54,604 nucleotides of DNA, from UHGV virus genome UHGV-0184235; one strand, given 5' to 3'. The translations under genes were made by a program, and so were the position numbers. Positions 28,713-37,362 of this stretch are shown one piece after another (position 1 is the stretch's first letter; every line of letters begins with the position of its first letter). The stretch comes from a virus. Under the pieces are notes generated by a model, which saw only the letters and a list, made by a program, of their open reading frames with translations, was not told where the DNA came from and searched no databases.

Positions 28713-29089
28713 TTGTAGGCCTGTGTTACACCGTGGAATGAGACAGCGTAGATACCCGCCGGAGCCTGCTGCGAGTGACCATTCTCCAGAGGTTCCGCGT
28801 ATGGGAGGTTATTCTGAATGTAGATCACTGAATAAGGTTTTCCCTGCGCTATAACAGCGCTGCCTTGCTGCAAAGTCGCCGATCCATTTTTATCTGTTGT
28901 ATCGGTGGTGCCGTATTCAGGAGAGCCAATACTCACCTGATTATTCGCACGGAAACGCCCGGTATCGACCGGAGAGCGAGAGACAATTTCATTCAGCAAC
29001 TGAAGCGAGATAAAACGCAATTTTTTACCAACGTCTTCCTCAACCTGATTCATAAAAACAGAAGGGTCGATACTCCACCCGTTCGCCAT
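28709..29089 (-). CDS. head-tail joining protein (126 aa)
   Basis: Position in the connector cluster. Confidence 0.45.
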   Translation of the reverse strand: MANGWSIDPSVFMNQVEEDVGKKLRFISLQLLNEIVSRSPVDTGRFRANNQVSIGSPEYGTTDTTDKNGSATLQQGSAVIAQGKPYSVIYIQNNLPYAEPLENGHSQQAPAGIYAVSFHGVTQAYK

Positions 29090-29090
29090 A

Positions 29091-29474
29091 TCACACCCTC
29101 CGCAACTGAATGGAATATGTTGCTTTCGCCGGATCGGTTCCTGCCGTAATGACTTTGTAGCGTTGCTGTTCGCCGGTAATCAGGTCTGGTGCAGTGATGA
29201 TGTGATCGACTTTCGGTTCGTCGGTAACTTCATTCGTCAGCGCTGTTAATTTCAGGTCGCCGTGCAGGATATTGACGCCATCAATGCGGTTGAGGCTGTA
29301 TTTCGACAGAACGCCACGCCCGGTGTAGGTCACTGTGGTTTCACCGCCCGTTTCCGTTACCGGGTCCCATCCGGTTTGGATGACGTAAGAGCCGGTGAAA
29401 TCGTTGACGGCATCCGCCAGCTTGGTATCAAAGGCCTTTGCGACCTTCGTCTGTAATTTTTCACGAATTCCCAT
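29091..29474 (-). CDS. head-tail joining or head closure protein (127 aa)
   Basis: Position in the connector cluster. Confidence 0.45.
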   Translation of the reverse strand: MGIREKLQTKVAKAFDTKLADAVNDFTGSYVIQTGWDPVTETGGETTVTYTGRGVLSKYSLNRIDGVNILHGDLKLTALTNEVTDEPKVDHIITAPDLITGEQQRYKVITAGTDPAKATYSIQLRRV

Positions 29475-29661
29475 GAATCAGCCTCAACCACTCAGCGATA
29501 ATCGCCCTGACCACCTGGTCCCTGTCAGCAATGTCATCTGGCGACATTTTCCCATCAGCGATCGCTCGCATAAGGGATACCGGAATGACATGCACATTGC
29601 CGTCAGAAGTCTGTAGGCAAACATGCGGCTTGCGCGGTTCAATGTTGACTACTTCGCCCAT
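29461..29661 (-). CDS. small hypothetical protein (66 aa)
   Basis: Clean ORF with coupled overlaps on both sides. Confidence 0.4.
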   Translation of the reverse strand: MGEVVNIEPRKPHVCLQTSDGNVHVIPVSLMRAIADGKMSPDDIADRDQVVRAIIAEWLRLIHGNS

Positions 29662-29662
29662 A

Positions 29663-30058
29663 TCAAGCCCTCACAAAGTACGTTTGAAAAGGACTCAGCC
29701 GCCACGGGCCCAGCAATGCCAGCGCCAGTTGAAGATCAGGGTCAAGAAGTGATGAACTGTCTACCGATAATTCAGCATACGATTCAGATACACTCACTCC
29801 ATCCGCTGTAACTGACTCACTCGTAACGACGCCAGAACTGGTTTTCTGTTGGTAAAGGTTTCCAACAGCCGCGACGGAAGCTGCGTATGCGCCAGCCTGT
29901 TTTACATCATCAGGAATATTATTGAGGTCGATATCCTGAAGATTGAGGCTTGTCATCCAGGCATTAGCCATCAGAACCGCTTTTGCTTTTTTATCTGGCT
30001 CAGTCCAGTTTTCACCAAGCAACTGGTCAACATCAGCGACGGTTATATAGGTTGTCAT
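29663..30058 (-). CDS. head-tail connector or adaptor (gp6-like)
   Basis: MTTYITVADVDQLLG... is the typical adaptor N-terminus. Confidence 0.5.
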   Translation of the reverse strand: MTTYITVADVDQLLGENWTEPDKKAKAVLMANAWMTSLNLQDIDLNNIPDDVKQAGAYAASVAAVGNLYQQKTSSGVVTSESVTADGVSVSESYAELSVDSSSLLDPDLQLALALLGPWRLSPFQTYFVRA

Positions 30059-30636
30059 TGAGATAATCTCCACGCCCGGCGGCGCTCTGTGCGCGGTGTT
30101 CTGTCTGGATGGCGCTCTACCGGTTCACCGTCGGCATGATCCACCAGTGAGTAACACGGATAGACTACTGAACCACCCCAGGCATCACCCACGGCATAAT
30201 CGGCTGGCTTACTGCTGTCCCATCGAGATAACACGCGCTCAATATGCTGGGGCGGGACGCTGTAGCAAACGCCATGTATCAATCGCGGCAACGTGATGAA
30301 GTCTGCCCGAGTCTTATCAGCAACTATCAGCCGTTCGGCTATCTGCATCTGGTACTGAGGTGGCCGCCCGGTTCCCAGGTAAAAACTCACCAGGGAATCA
30401 GGGAAGCGGTTAAGCCAGTCGAATACCTTTTCACGAAACCCATCAACGGGTAATGCATCCTCTTCGATGATAATCACTCTGTCTGACTGCTCAACTGCCC
30501 AACGAAGAGCGCGAAGATGATTTGCATTTGCACCAGCGCTATGCTCATCCATGAAGACAATGTCAGCATCAAGCTGACTCGCTAACTCATCAGCTATGAT
30601 GCGGCGAGAGTGGTGAGCCACGATGGCGATCAACAT
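30055..30636 (-). CDS. hypothetical protein (193 aa), possibly GT-A-like
   Basis: The beta-alpha pattern IAIVAH...DADIVFMDEH...RVIIIEEDALP resembles a DxD/EED nucleotide-sugar transferase core, but the signal is weak. Confidence 0.45.
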   Translation of the reverse strand: MLIAIVAHHSRRIIADELASQLDADIVFMDEHSAGANANHLRALRWAVEQSDRVIIIEEDALPVDGFREKVFDWLNRFPDSLVSFYLGTGRPPQYQMQIAERLIVADKTRADFITLPRLIHGVCYSVPPQHIERVLSRWDSSKPADYAVGDAWGGSVVYPCYSLVDHADGEPVERHPDRTPRTERRRAWRLSQ

Positions 30637-31214
30637 CTGTCAGCCTCATTGTGTGAGAAGTGTTCAAGCCTGGCGGCTACAGCTGCGTCCCTGGCTTCTT
30701 CAAGTGACATGAATGTTTTCCTTAGAACAAACTTGCCATTGAGCTTAACTTGCGCAAGCCAGCGCCTGTTGCCGCGATTTAGATAAGTAACCCCGAGTAC
30801 TCCAGTTTTACTATTTTTCTTAGCGCCGCCGAGGTTCTGATTGTTCTCACTTCTGCTGGCCAACCTGAGGTGATTGATATTGCAGCAGAGCCTGTTGCGA
30901 CAAATATGGTCGACATCCATTCCATCAGGAACAGGACCATTCACGGATTCCCAAACAAAGCGATGCACACGTAATGCCTTACCGCCAGTTCGTATGCTGC
31001 CGTAACCTGTTTTTAACCTTGCTCCAGTCCATACCTGGCATTCGCCTTCAATCTTTGTCCTGGCCTTAATTGCTTCCTGTGGAGAGCTATAAACTGTGTT
31101 CCGCACAACCAATGGGTCACCGTATTTCCGCCATCTGAAATAGTGCTTTCCACACATCCTTCTTTTTTCAGAACGATTATCGCAGTCATTCACGCAACAT
31201 TTTTTAGTCATGTG
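30630..31214 (-). CDS. HNH homing endonuclease with a C-terminal AP2 DNA-binding domain
   Basis: HNH motif DVDHICRNRLCCNINHL...SENNQN plus an AP2-like segment GVTYLNRGNRRWLAQVKLNGK. Confidence 0.7.
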   Translation of the reverse strand, partial: HMTKKCCVNDCDNRSEKRRMCGKHYFRWRKYGDPLVVRNTVYSSPQEAIKARTKIEGECQVWTGARLKTGYGSIRTGGKALRVHRFVWESVNGPVPDGMDVDHICRNRLCCNINHLRLASRSENNQNLGGAKKNSKTGVLGVTYLNRGNRRWLAQVKLNGKFVLRKTFMSLEEARDAAVAARLEHFSHNEADRC

Positions 31215-31230
31215 CATATCTCGCAACCAA

Positions 31231-31254
31231 TAAAAAAGCCGCGCGGTGGCGGCT
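31231..31254 (-). terminator. intrinsic terminator between the glycosyltransferase block and the HNH gene
   Basis: AGCCGC-GCGGTG-GCGGCT hairpin followed by a U-run on the minus strand. Confidence 0.4.
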
Positions 31255-31328
31255 ACTGTCTGCATATCAGGATTTTCAACGAATTAAAGTGCGGATAGGC
31301 TGAAGGCTCATTAATACAAGGAGTAAAT

Positions 31329-31505
31329 ATGTCTGGACTTATCAATCCTCAAAATGCCCCAGAAGAATCAGCTTATGCATTACTGATTGAAATGATTAGA
31401 GCCCAAAGAGTTCCTGTTTATTCAGGAGGAGATATATCTAATCTCCTCTCAATGTATGACCAGGCTGTTCAGCACTTCCAAAAGAGTAGCGATGACGATA
31501 ATTAA
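31329..31505 (+). CDS. small antisense-oriented protein (58 aa)
   Basis: AAGGAG SD 6 nt before ATG. The translation is MSGLINPQNAPEESAYALLIEMIRAQRVPVYSGGDISNLLSMYDQAVQHFQKSSDDDN. It is absent from the ORF track because it is under 60 aa. Confidence 0.4.
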   Translation: MSGLINPQNAPEESAYALLIEMIRAQRVPVYSGGDISNLLSMYDQAVQHFQKSSDDDN

Positions 31506-31596
31506 AGATTTTCTTACTTTTTGTTAAACGTTTCACGGATTGAATTTGCCATTAATCAGCACCTTCAATCCGTGTCTCGCTTTGAACTTCTCTCCA

Positions 31597-33057
31597 CTAT
31601 TTATGGCGCCACCAGGCGTACTCCTTACCGGTACCTTCAGACTTGAACACTGTGTGGATGCGCGGGCCGGTTACTATCCGATCCCCCAAAGACTTCGCCA
31701 CGATGCCGAATGCCAGCATGTCACCCACTGCGGCGCCAGCCTGCTCTTTCTTCCAGAATCGGTAGCTCTCAATCCGGTAGTAAAGGCGGATGATGCCGTG
31801 AGCGAACGCCATTACATCTGCGCGCGTACCGCCCAGCAGCCCGGCGTTAAGCATCACATCGTTGCGGTGCTGTTCGATAAACTCCTGATAGATGCGTTCC
31901 GGGTGATTCTGTTTCGCCCATGCGTCAGCGTAGGTTTTCGGCTCCGAACCAACGTAGAGTTTTCCGGCCTCCATCTCTTCCCACGGCGCGCAAAGCATTT
32001 CGACATCAGTACCATCGGTACACCAGGCGAACCGGTATTCAGGATGATCGCGCAGGTGCTGCCAGATATGCAGCCAGCGCCGGAAGTAGACGTTCATTGC
32101 GACATCTGGAACTGTCACCAGTTGAGCACCATCGGGAGCGGAGGTTAGCTGGTCTGCCAGCACTACGGCATCGGCACCCCGGATTGATTTAGCCCAGGTG
32201 GTCAGCGCGGCCGGGTCAGGCTGCATTCTGCTACCGCGCTGCGGGTCCGGTTGGCTCGTCAGTAATGTTGTGATCACAACGTCGCGCTGGCGCCGGTATT
32301 CGACATAGCCGGTATACCCCTTATCGCGACGCTCGTTGTGGATTTTTACATTACGTTCCACCAGCGCTTTCCGGTCTGCCGTTGGTACTGAACGGTCTAC
32401 GGCTTCATGCTCATCGAGCGAATGAATCAACTTTTCGGAACCAGTTACATCGGCATAAGCCCAAGTAGTCAGGCCAGCGTTATGGATGCGCAGGGCAAGG
32501 TCACTGTGTTCGTACATGCCGCGCCCGTATACCGGATCAAATCCGCCTACCTTCTCGATCGCACTGCGATGGTAATAAAGCATCACGCCGCGCTGTCCGG
32601 TATACGCCACATGCTTATCGTCGCTATAAAGCACAGCGAGATCGTTAAGTTTTCGCGGTCCGGCAAGGTCGAGGAACTGGTAAGCCAGGTGCGCCTCGGG
32701 TGATTCGATATACGGAAGATGCCAGCCATCGGCAATCGGCCATGCGTCGTCGTCCCACAGGAAAAGGTGTTCGCACCCGGTATCCATCAGCGCTGTAAGA
32801 CTGGCGTTCTTCGAAGCAACAATGCCTTTTGAATTATCGTGCCGGATTAAATTACACCAACCCGGAGCTGTTGCTGGCGGATTTGAACCATCATCAATGA
32901 CGAACACGACCGCACCGGGAGGTAAATATTTTCGATGTTGCTCAAGTGATCTTGCGAGGACATCCGGCCTGTTATGAGTGGTTATCGCGATTCCGATTTT
33001 ATTATGGGAAACGCTATCGGCGCGGACATAAGGAACCCCACCAACAATGACATCCAT
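31597..33057 (-). CDS. two-domain glycosyltransferase (486 aa), with an N-terminal GT2-like GT-A domain and an unassigned C-terminal domain
   Basis: IGIAITTHNRPDVL...VFVIDDGSN...LFLWDDDAWP...VGGFDPVYGRGMYEHSDLALRI. It is coupled to the upstream 67-aa gene. Confidence 0.75.
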   Translation of the reverse strand: MDVIVGGVPYVRADSVSHNKIGIAITTHNRPDVLARSLEQHRKYLPPGAVVFVIDDGSNPPATAPGWCNLIRHDNSKGIVASKNASLTALMDTGCEHLFLWDDDAWPIADGWHLPYIESPEAHLAYQFLDLAGPRKLNDLAVLYSDDKHVAYTGQRGVMLYYHRSAIEKVGGFDPVYGRGMYEHSDLALRIHNAGLTTWAYADVTGSEKLIHSLDEHEAVDRSVPTADRKALVERNVKIHNERRDKGYTGYVEYRRQRDVVITTLLTSQPDPQRGSRMQPDPAALTTWAKSIRGADAVVLADQLTSAPDGAQLVTVPDVAMNVYFRRWLHIWQHLRDHPEYRFAWCTDGTDVEMLCAPWEEMEAGKLYVGSEPKTYADAWAKQNHPERIYQEFIEQHRNDVMLNAGLLGGTRADVMAFAHGIIRLYYRIESYRFWKKEQAGAAVGDMLAFGIVAKSLGDRIVTGPRIHTVFKSEGTGKEYAWWRHK

Positions 33058-33060
33058 TGC

Positions 33061-33264
33061 TTATACCTTCTCGTCAAGGTCAATGGTGATTTGATTTTCG
33101 GCGTGGTCTTTATTGAGGTTAAAAACCACTGTGACCGTTGGCAAGGAAGTTATTTCGGTGTTAATGCTGGTCGAGGCCTGTCCATCCAGTAGTTGACCAT
33201 CCACGGCAATACCGTAACCAAGGAAATGGTCTCCACGGTATAACTTCGCTATCTGGTATTTCAT
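33061..33264 (-). CDS. small hypothetical protein (67 aa) coupled to the glycosyltransferase
   Basis: AAAGGA SD. Its stop is 3 nt from the glycosyltransferase start. Confidence 0.5.
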   Translation of the reverse strand: MKYQIAKLYRGDHFLGYGIAVDGQLLDGQASTSINTEITSLPTVTVVFNLNKDHAENQITIDLDEKV

Positions 33265-33390
33265 CTGCGTTTCCTTTTAAAAAGTGAGCCTGTCCACCAG
33301 AACGCAGCCCGAGAGAGGTCGCCACCTGTACGGCGTTCTCAGGCTCACTTTCTGAAAGACTCTCGTTTGTCAGGCGCGGTGGACGCGCAA

Positions 33391-33414
33391 TAAAAAAGGG
33401 GCCGAAGCCCCTGG
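33391..33414 (-). terminator. strong intrinsic terminator after the major capsid gene
   Basis: AGGGGC-UUCG-GCCCCU followed by UUUUUUAUU on the minus strand. Confidence 0.65.
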
Positions 33415-33417
33415 TGA

Positions 33418-34365
33418 TTAGCTGCCGCCGCCGAGCTGAATCAAAACCCCAGCAGTGGATTTGTTGCTGGTGAAGTGTTTCTTCCAGTTCCCCTGCGTGC
33501 CAATGGCGGTAAGGTCCGGGTTTTCGCCTTTGGTGGTATCCCAGCTGTACCCCAGCAGTTCGACGTTCACCGTACCTTCAGCGCGATAGCCGATCGCGAG
33601 GTTTTCCTGGTCGTTGATGTCATAGGAGCGGAACCCCGGCGCCTGAGACTCAGTTACTGATACAGCACCGGCCACCAGCCCCAGAATTGCATCAACAGGC
33701 ATCGTATCGGTCACCAGAACCGGTTTACCCAGCGTACCTGGCTGGCCGCCGTACACGACCACGCCCGCTTCTTCGTAGATTTTGTTGTCGATAGCCTGAT
33801 CAACAATATCGAAGTAGGTAGTGGAGTGCATAACGAACAGGGAAACGCGGTTGAATTTATCGCCGTAGGTGCGCAGACCGCGAGTCAGCGTTTTCTTGCC
33901 ATCAGTGGCAATATCCGCAGTCACGACCATATCAGCGTTGGCACCGATAGCGGCAATCAGCCCCTGAAGCGCGTACTTGATGTAGCCCTCCAGTGTCGCG
34001 TCAGCCACATCGACACCAATCACCTCAGAAAACTCGCTCACATCACGCCCGCGACGTTTGAACGCTTCCTCCGTAGTTTCGTACGGGCCATATTTCCATG
34101 GTGCTTTTACGCTGACGGACTCGCCAGCGCCGATTTTTTTACCCGTTACCGGGTCAGTAGAGTTAACGTCACGCGCTTCGATAGAACCGCCGACTTTATA
34201 GAAAGCGCGCTTACGGAAATCACCTTCGATCAGTTCGTTATCGAGAATGATTGCACCATTAGACGCCTGGTTAAAAACATCCAGATTATCCTGACGGCGC
34301 TCCAGAAACGCAGTTTGCGCGAGATCGTCATAAATAATCAGATCAGTATTAACGGTCGTAGCCAT
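33418..34365 (-). CDS. major capsid protein (315 aa)
   Basis: Position after the scaffold gene. AAGGAA SD. It is followed by a strong terminator. Confidence 0.8.
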   Translation of the reverse strand: MATTVNTDLIIYDDLAQTAFLERRQDNLDVFNQASNGAIILDNELIEGDFRKRAFYKVGGSIEARDVNSTDPVTGKKIGAGESVSVKAPWKYGPYETTEEAFKRRGRDVSEFSEVIGVDVADATLEGYIKYALQGLIAAIGANADMVVTADIATDGKKTLTRGLRTYGDKFNRVSLFVMHSTTYFDIVDQAIDNKIYEEAGVVVYGGQPGTLGKPVLVTDTMPVDAILGLVAGAVSVTESQAPGFRSYDINDQENLAIGYRAEGTVNVELLGYSWDTTKGENPDLTAIGTQGNWKKHFTSNKSTAGVLIQLGGGS

Positions 34366-34374
34366 TGTTGTTCC

Positions 34375-35163
34375 TTACTTTGGTAACCTGAGGAAGGCCT
34401 GTTGTCCGTGTTTACGGATGTAGGCTGTTTTATCGGCCGATGTCATTTCAGAGCGTTTAAGAGCGCCGCTTCCCTGCTGCTTATGACCACCTGCATCCGT
34501 GCCTTCAGCGCGGGGGAACAGGTGCGGCGCGGATTCTTTCAGGGATTCCGCCCACTCAGCAGGGCTTAACGGGGTCTTGCCGTCTTTGCCGAACAGAACA
34601 TCACCGTTTGCATCAACAGCTACGGCCTCGCCTTCGTCGTTGAGCTGGAATGTGCCTTTGGCACGGAGGATCAGGTCGTCGGACGCTTCAGGCAGCGCGC
34701 CGACGGTTGCAGCCGCCGCGCGAATTGCATCAGCCAGCACCCGATCCCGGAATTTATTCGAGAACGCTTCAGCTTTATCCGCACGCTCGTTAGCGGCCTT
34801 GATTTGCTTATCAACGTCAGCGCGTAAACGTTCAGTACGTTTGTTCAGCACCTCATCAATTTTTCCATCGGCGATCAGCTTTGCTTCTTCGTCGTCGGAA
34901 AAACGTTGCAGAATGCTGCGAACAGCGTCAGGGTCGATACCGTCAAAACGTTTGAGGGACTCGGTTGACTCCCTGAGCTTTCCGAGCAGCTCTGTATTTT
35001 TGTTTTTCAGCCCTGACACCTGAGCCGATACCTGCTCATCAATCAGCTTCTGAATTTCCGGCGTAATTTCTGGTGCGCCACCTTCACCGCCGCCACCGCC
35101 ACCTTCACCACCTTCACCACCAGCCGCCGAATAATATTTGATGAGCATGTTACGAATAAGCAT
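34375..35163 (-). CDS. scaffolding protein
   Basis: Gly/Glu-rich N-terminus, charged coiled coil, position upstream of the capsid gene. Confidence 0.7.
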   Translation of the reverse strand: MLIRNMLIKYYSAAGGEGGEGGGGGGEGGAPEITPEIQKLIDEQVSAQVSGLKNKNTELLGKLRESTESLKRFDGIDPDAVRSILQRFSDDEEAKLIADGKIDEVLNKRTERLRADVDKQIKAANERADKAEAFSNKFRDRVLADAIRAAAATVGALPEASDDLILRAKGTFQLNDEGEAVAVDANGDVLFGKDGKTPLSPAEWAESLKESAPHLFPRAEGTDAGGHKQQGSGALKRSEMTSADKTAYIRKHGQQAFLRLPK

Positions 35164-35277
35164 ATTGTCCCCTTGGGATATTCAGTGTGGGCCTGGCCCA
35201 ATAAAAAAGGCCGCCCGGAGGCAGCCTGTTGTGAATTTCAGATAATAAAAAAGGCCGCGCTATGGCGACCTCTTTAT

Positions 35278-35754
35278 TTAGATATTTTCAAGCATATCTT
35301 TTGCATCTTTAATGGCTTTATCCATTCTCTGCAAAGAAGCCTTTGGCTCCGCAATGCTTCGCACTGTGCAAATCTCTTTAATGAGTCCCCTTGCGATTAC
35401 TAACTCTTCATGCAGGCTTGCAATAAGGTCTCTTTGTTTTTGTGAATCCATATCAACCTGGCCGACTTTAGTGTATCCGCCATCAACGATAACAGTCATC
35501 GTTTCATGCTGACTGAATTTTTTAAATAGATCTTTGCATGGACCAACATGAGCACCGACGCGTACTACCGTATCGGATGGTTCTATGTATCCAATGCCAT
35601 TGCGCTCAACAACATCGCGCAGCGCGTTCAATAATTCAGCATTTGTTAGGTCGTTCGGACTAACATAGCGATAAAACTGATCGGGTCCGTCACCTGAATC
35701 ATGAATAATCAATTCATTACCGGCGTAATGTAAATTGTTTTCTGGAGCAGCCAT
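35278..35754 (-). CDS. hypothetical protein (158 aa), an AT-rich moron in the head module
   Basis: GAGG SD before ATG 35754. A hairpin plus T-run lies after its stop. Confidence 0.45.
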   Translation of the reverse strand: MAAPENNLHYAGNELIIHDSGDGPDQFYRYVSPNDLTNAELLNALRDVVERNGIGYIEPSDTVVRVGAHVGPCKDLFKKFSQHETMTVIVDGGYTKVGQVDMDSQKQRDLIASLHEELVIARGLIKEICTVRSIAEPKASLQRMDKAIKDAKDMLENI

Positions 35755-35845
35755 CGTCAACCTCGTCTCGTTGCTCGTCAGGTTATTAGTGGCAGGCGGT
35801 GACGATGCCGCTTTTCGGGAGCTACCCTAGCCACTGATTATTTTA

Positions 35846-36097
35846 TCACAACCCGACTGGCTCGTAGGTTTTATCGAAAATGTCCGGCTTGCAGGGGTAA
35901 TGTTCACCATTCACGCCGCGAATAATGTAATCGCCAGCGCTTGCTGTCATGGTGCCTTCCAGTGTCTTAATTAGCAGATCATCCCCCATAACATGGCAGT
36001 CCCGACTGCCTGAGTTACAGAAATCGTAAATCTCCTGCGTGTTTGTTCCGGTCCACTGAACAGCATCAATAACAACCGGCTTTTTGCGGAATTTCAT
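35846..36097 (-). CDS. hypothetical protein (83 aa)
   Basis: Good SD (AGGAGAACATAATG). Confidence 0.5.
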   Translation of the reverse strand: MKFRKKPVVIDAVQWTGTNTQEIYDFCNSGSRDCHVMGDDLLIKTLEGTMTASAGDYIIRGVNGEHYPCKPDIFDKTYEPVGL

Positions 36098-36249
36098 TAT
36101 GTTCTCCTGTTAAATACCTGCGTCTTTTAAGCCAGCACGGTATCCGCGCTGAAATGTAGAGAGTTGCTTCTCTTGCGCGGTGTGTGCATGCCCGCTTTTT
36201 ACCGTTAGTATTTCCCAGCACAATTTCAGCCGGTTAATTAATGTTAGTT

Positions 36250-37362
36250 TCATAAACCCGCCTCTCTGAATGCCTGTTCGTCACGTTCCCGCAACTGCGC
36301 CAGCGTGAGCCATTCTCCTTTATCGGTGTAGAACTCATCTGGCGACATACCGCCATCGCGGATAAGCCGCGCACGCTTCTCGCCAACGATTTGCTTCTGG
36401 CGATCGAACGACTGGCGTGTGAACCATTCCTGATAAGTTGTATCACCGGCAACCTGTCCGTCCATGCTGGCGCGAGTGCCTGGCGGAATATCGCGAACAT
36501 CGATACCCAGTTCTTTCGCTGATTTGAGAACGTAGGTCTCGGTTGAGCGGCAACAGAAATGCAATCGCCCAGCGCCCTGGAGGTATGGAATTTTATGCCC
36601 GATTGGTTTCTTATCTAACGTCCATTGCAGACGGTCCCTTATTCTGCATTGAGATGACGTCCTGTTGTCCAGGGTCGATAGTTGCTGCCTCGCCTTAATG
36701 ATGTCGTCATTGGCACTGACGAAGCTGTTACGCGCCGTTGCCGCGAGATGACCCACCGCTGTTTTCGCTATACTGGCGGCATTGGCGCGGCTCATCTGTA
36801 ACGCACCGTCCTGGTATCCACGATTAGCGTGGCCGCGAACATTGCGCGCTATCTGCTCTGTCGTATCGCCCAGCAAAAAGCCCTGCCGCACTGTATTGCT
36901 GATGCGGTTTAGGCGATCCGCTTCAAGGTTTGACGCCCATTCGCTGAGCAATCGTCCCTGGAATGGTTGCGCCATCGCTGCGGCATACACCGCGTCAGGA
37001 GAGATGCCCACCAGCGGATGAACGTCGGTCACAAAATCAGGCAGCAGAGAATCAAACAGGCTCAACTGATAACCAGCCTCATGTTGCGCCAGGTCGTTCA
37101 GCTCTGTGGACAACCCTTGCAGCATTGACTGAATAGCCTGATGGTTCACTGCCCTGACACTGGCGAGCAATGCCTGAAGGCGCGTTACAGTGAAACTGTC
37201 TGCATCAAGCCCATCCATAGCCACCAGCAGGCGCGCTGTCAGCTCAGCATCACTTTCGTTGAGCAGCTTCACCATCCGGTTAGCAACGCCGGTACTGTAA
37301 CGACTTATCCAGATAGCGTGCGCGATTGATTCATCACGCAGTTGCTCGTTAACCGTCGCCAT
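36250..37362 (-). CDS. head morphogenesis protein (Mu gpF / SPP1 gp7 family)
   Basis: Position after the portal gene. The 370-aa size and composition fit this family. Confidence 0.65.
   Translation of the reverse strand: MATVNEQLRDESIAHAIWISRYSTGVANRMVKLLNESDAELTARLLVAMDGLDADSFTVTRLQALLASVRAVNHQAIQSMLQGLSTELNDLAQHEAGYQLSLFDSLLPDFVTDVHPLVGISPDAVYAAAMAQPFQGRLLSEWASNLEADRLNRISNTVRQGFLLGDTTEQIARNVRGHANRGYQDGALQMSRANAASIAKTAVGHLAATARNSFVSANDDIIKARQQLSTLDNRTSSQCRIRDRLQWTLDKKPIGHKIPYLQGAGRLHFCCRSTETYVLKSAKELGIDVRDIPPGTRASMDGQVAGDTTYQEWFTRQSFDRQKQIVGEKRARLIRDGGMSPDEFYTDKGEWLTLAQLRERDEQAFREAGL

Noticed and set aside
31540-32192. The + strand ORFs of 202 aa and 90 aa overlapping the 486-aa glycosyltransferase
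   Set aside because: They are antisense to a gene with clear GT2 motifs, have Arg/Pro-rich composition, and have no RBS.
33826-34386. The 186-aa + strand ORF antisense to the major capsid gene
   Set aside because: It is embedded in the capsid gene and has no RBS.
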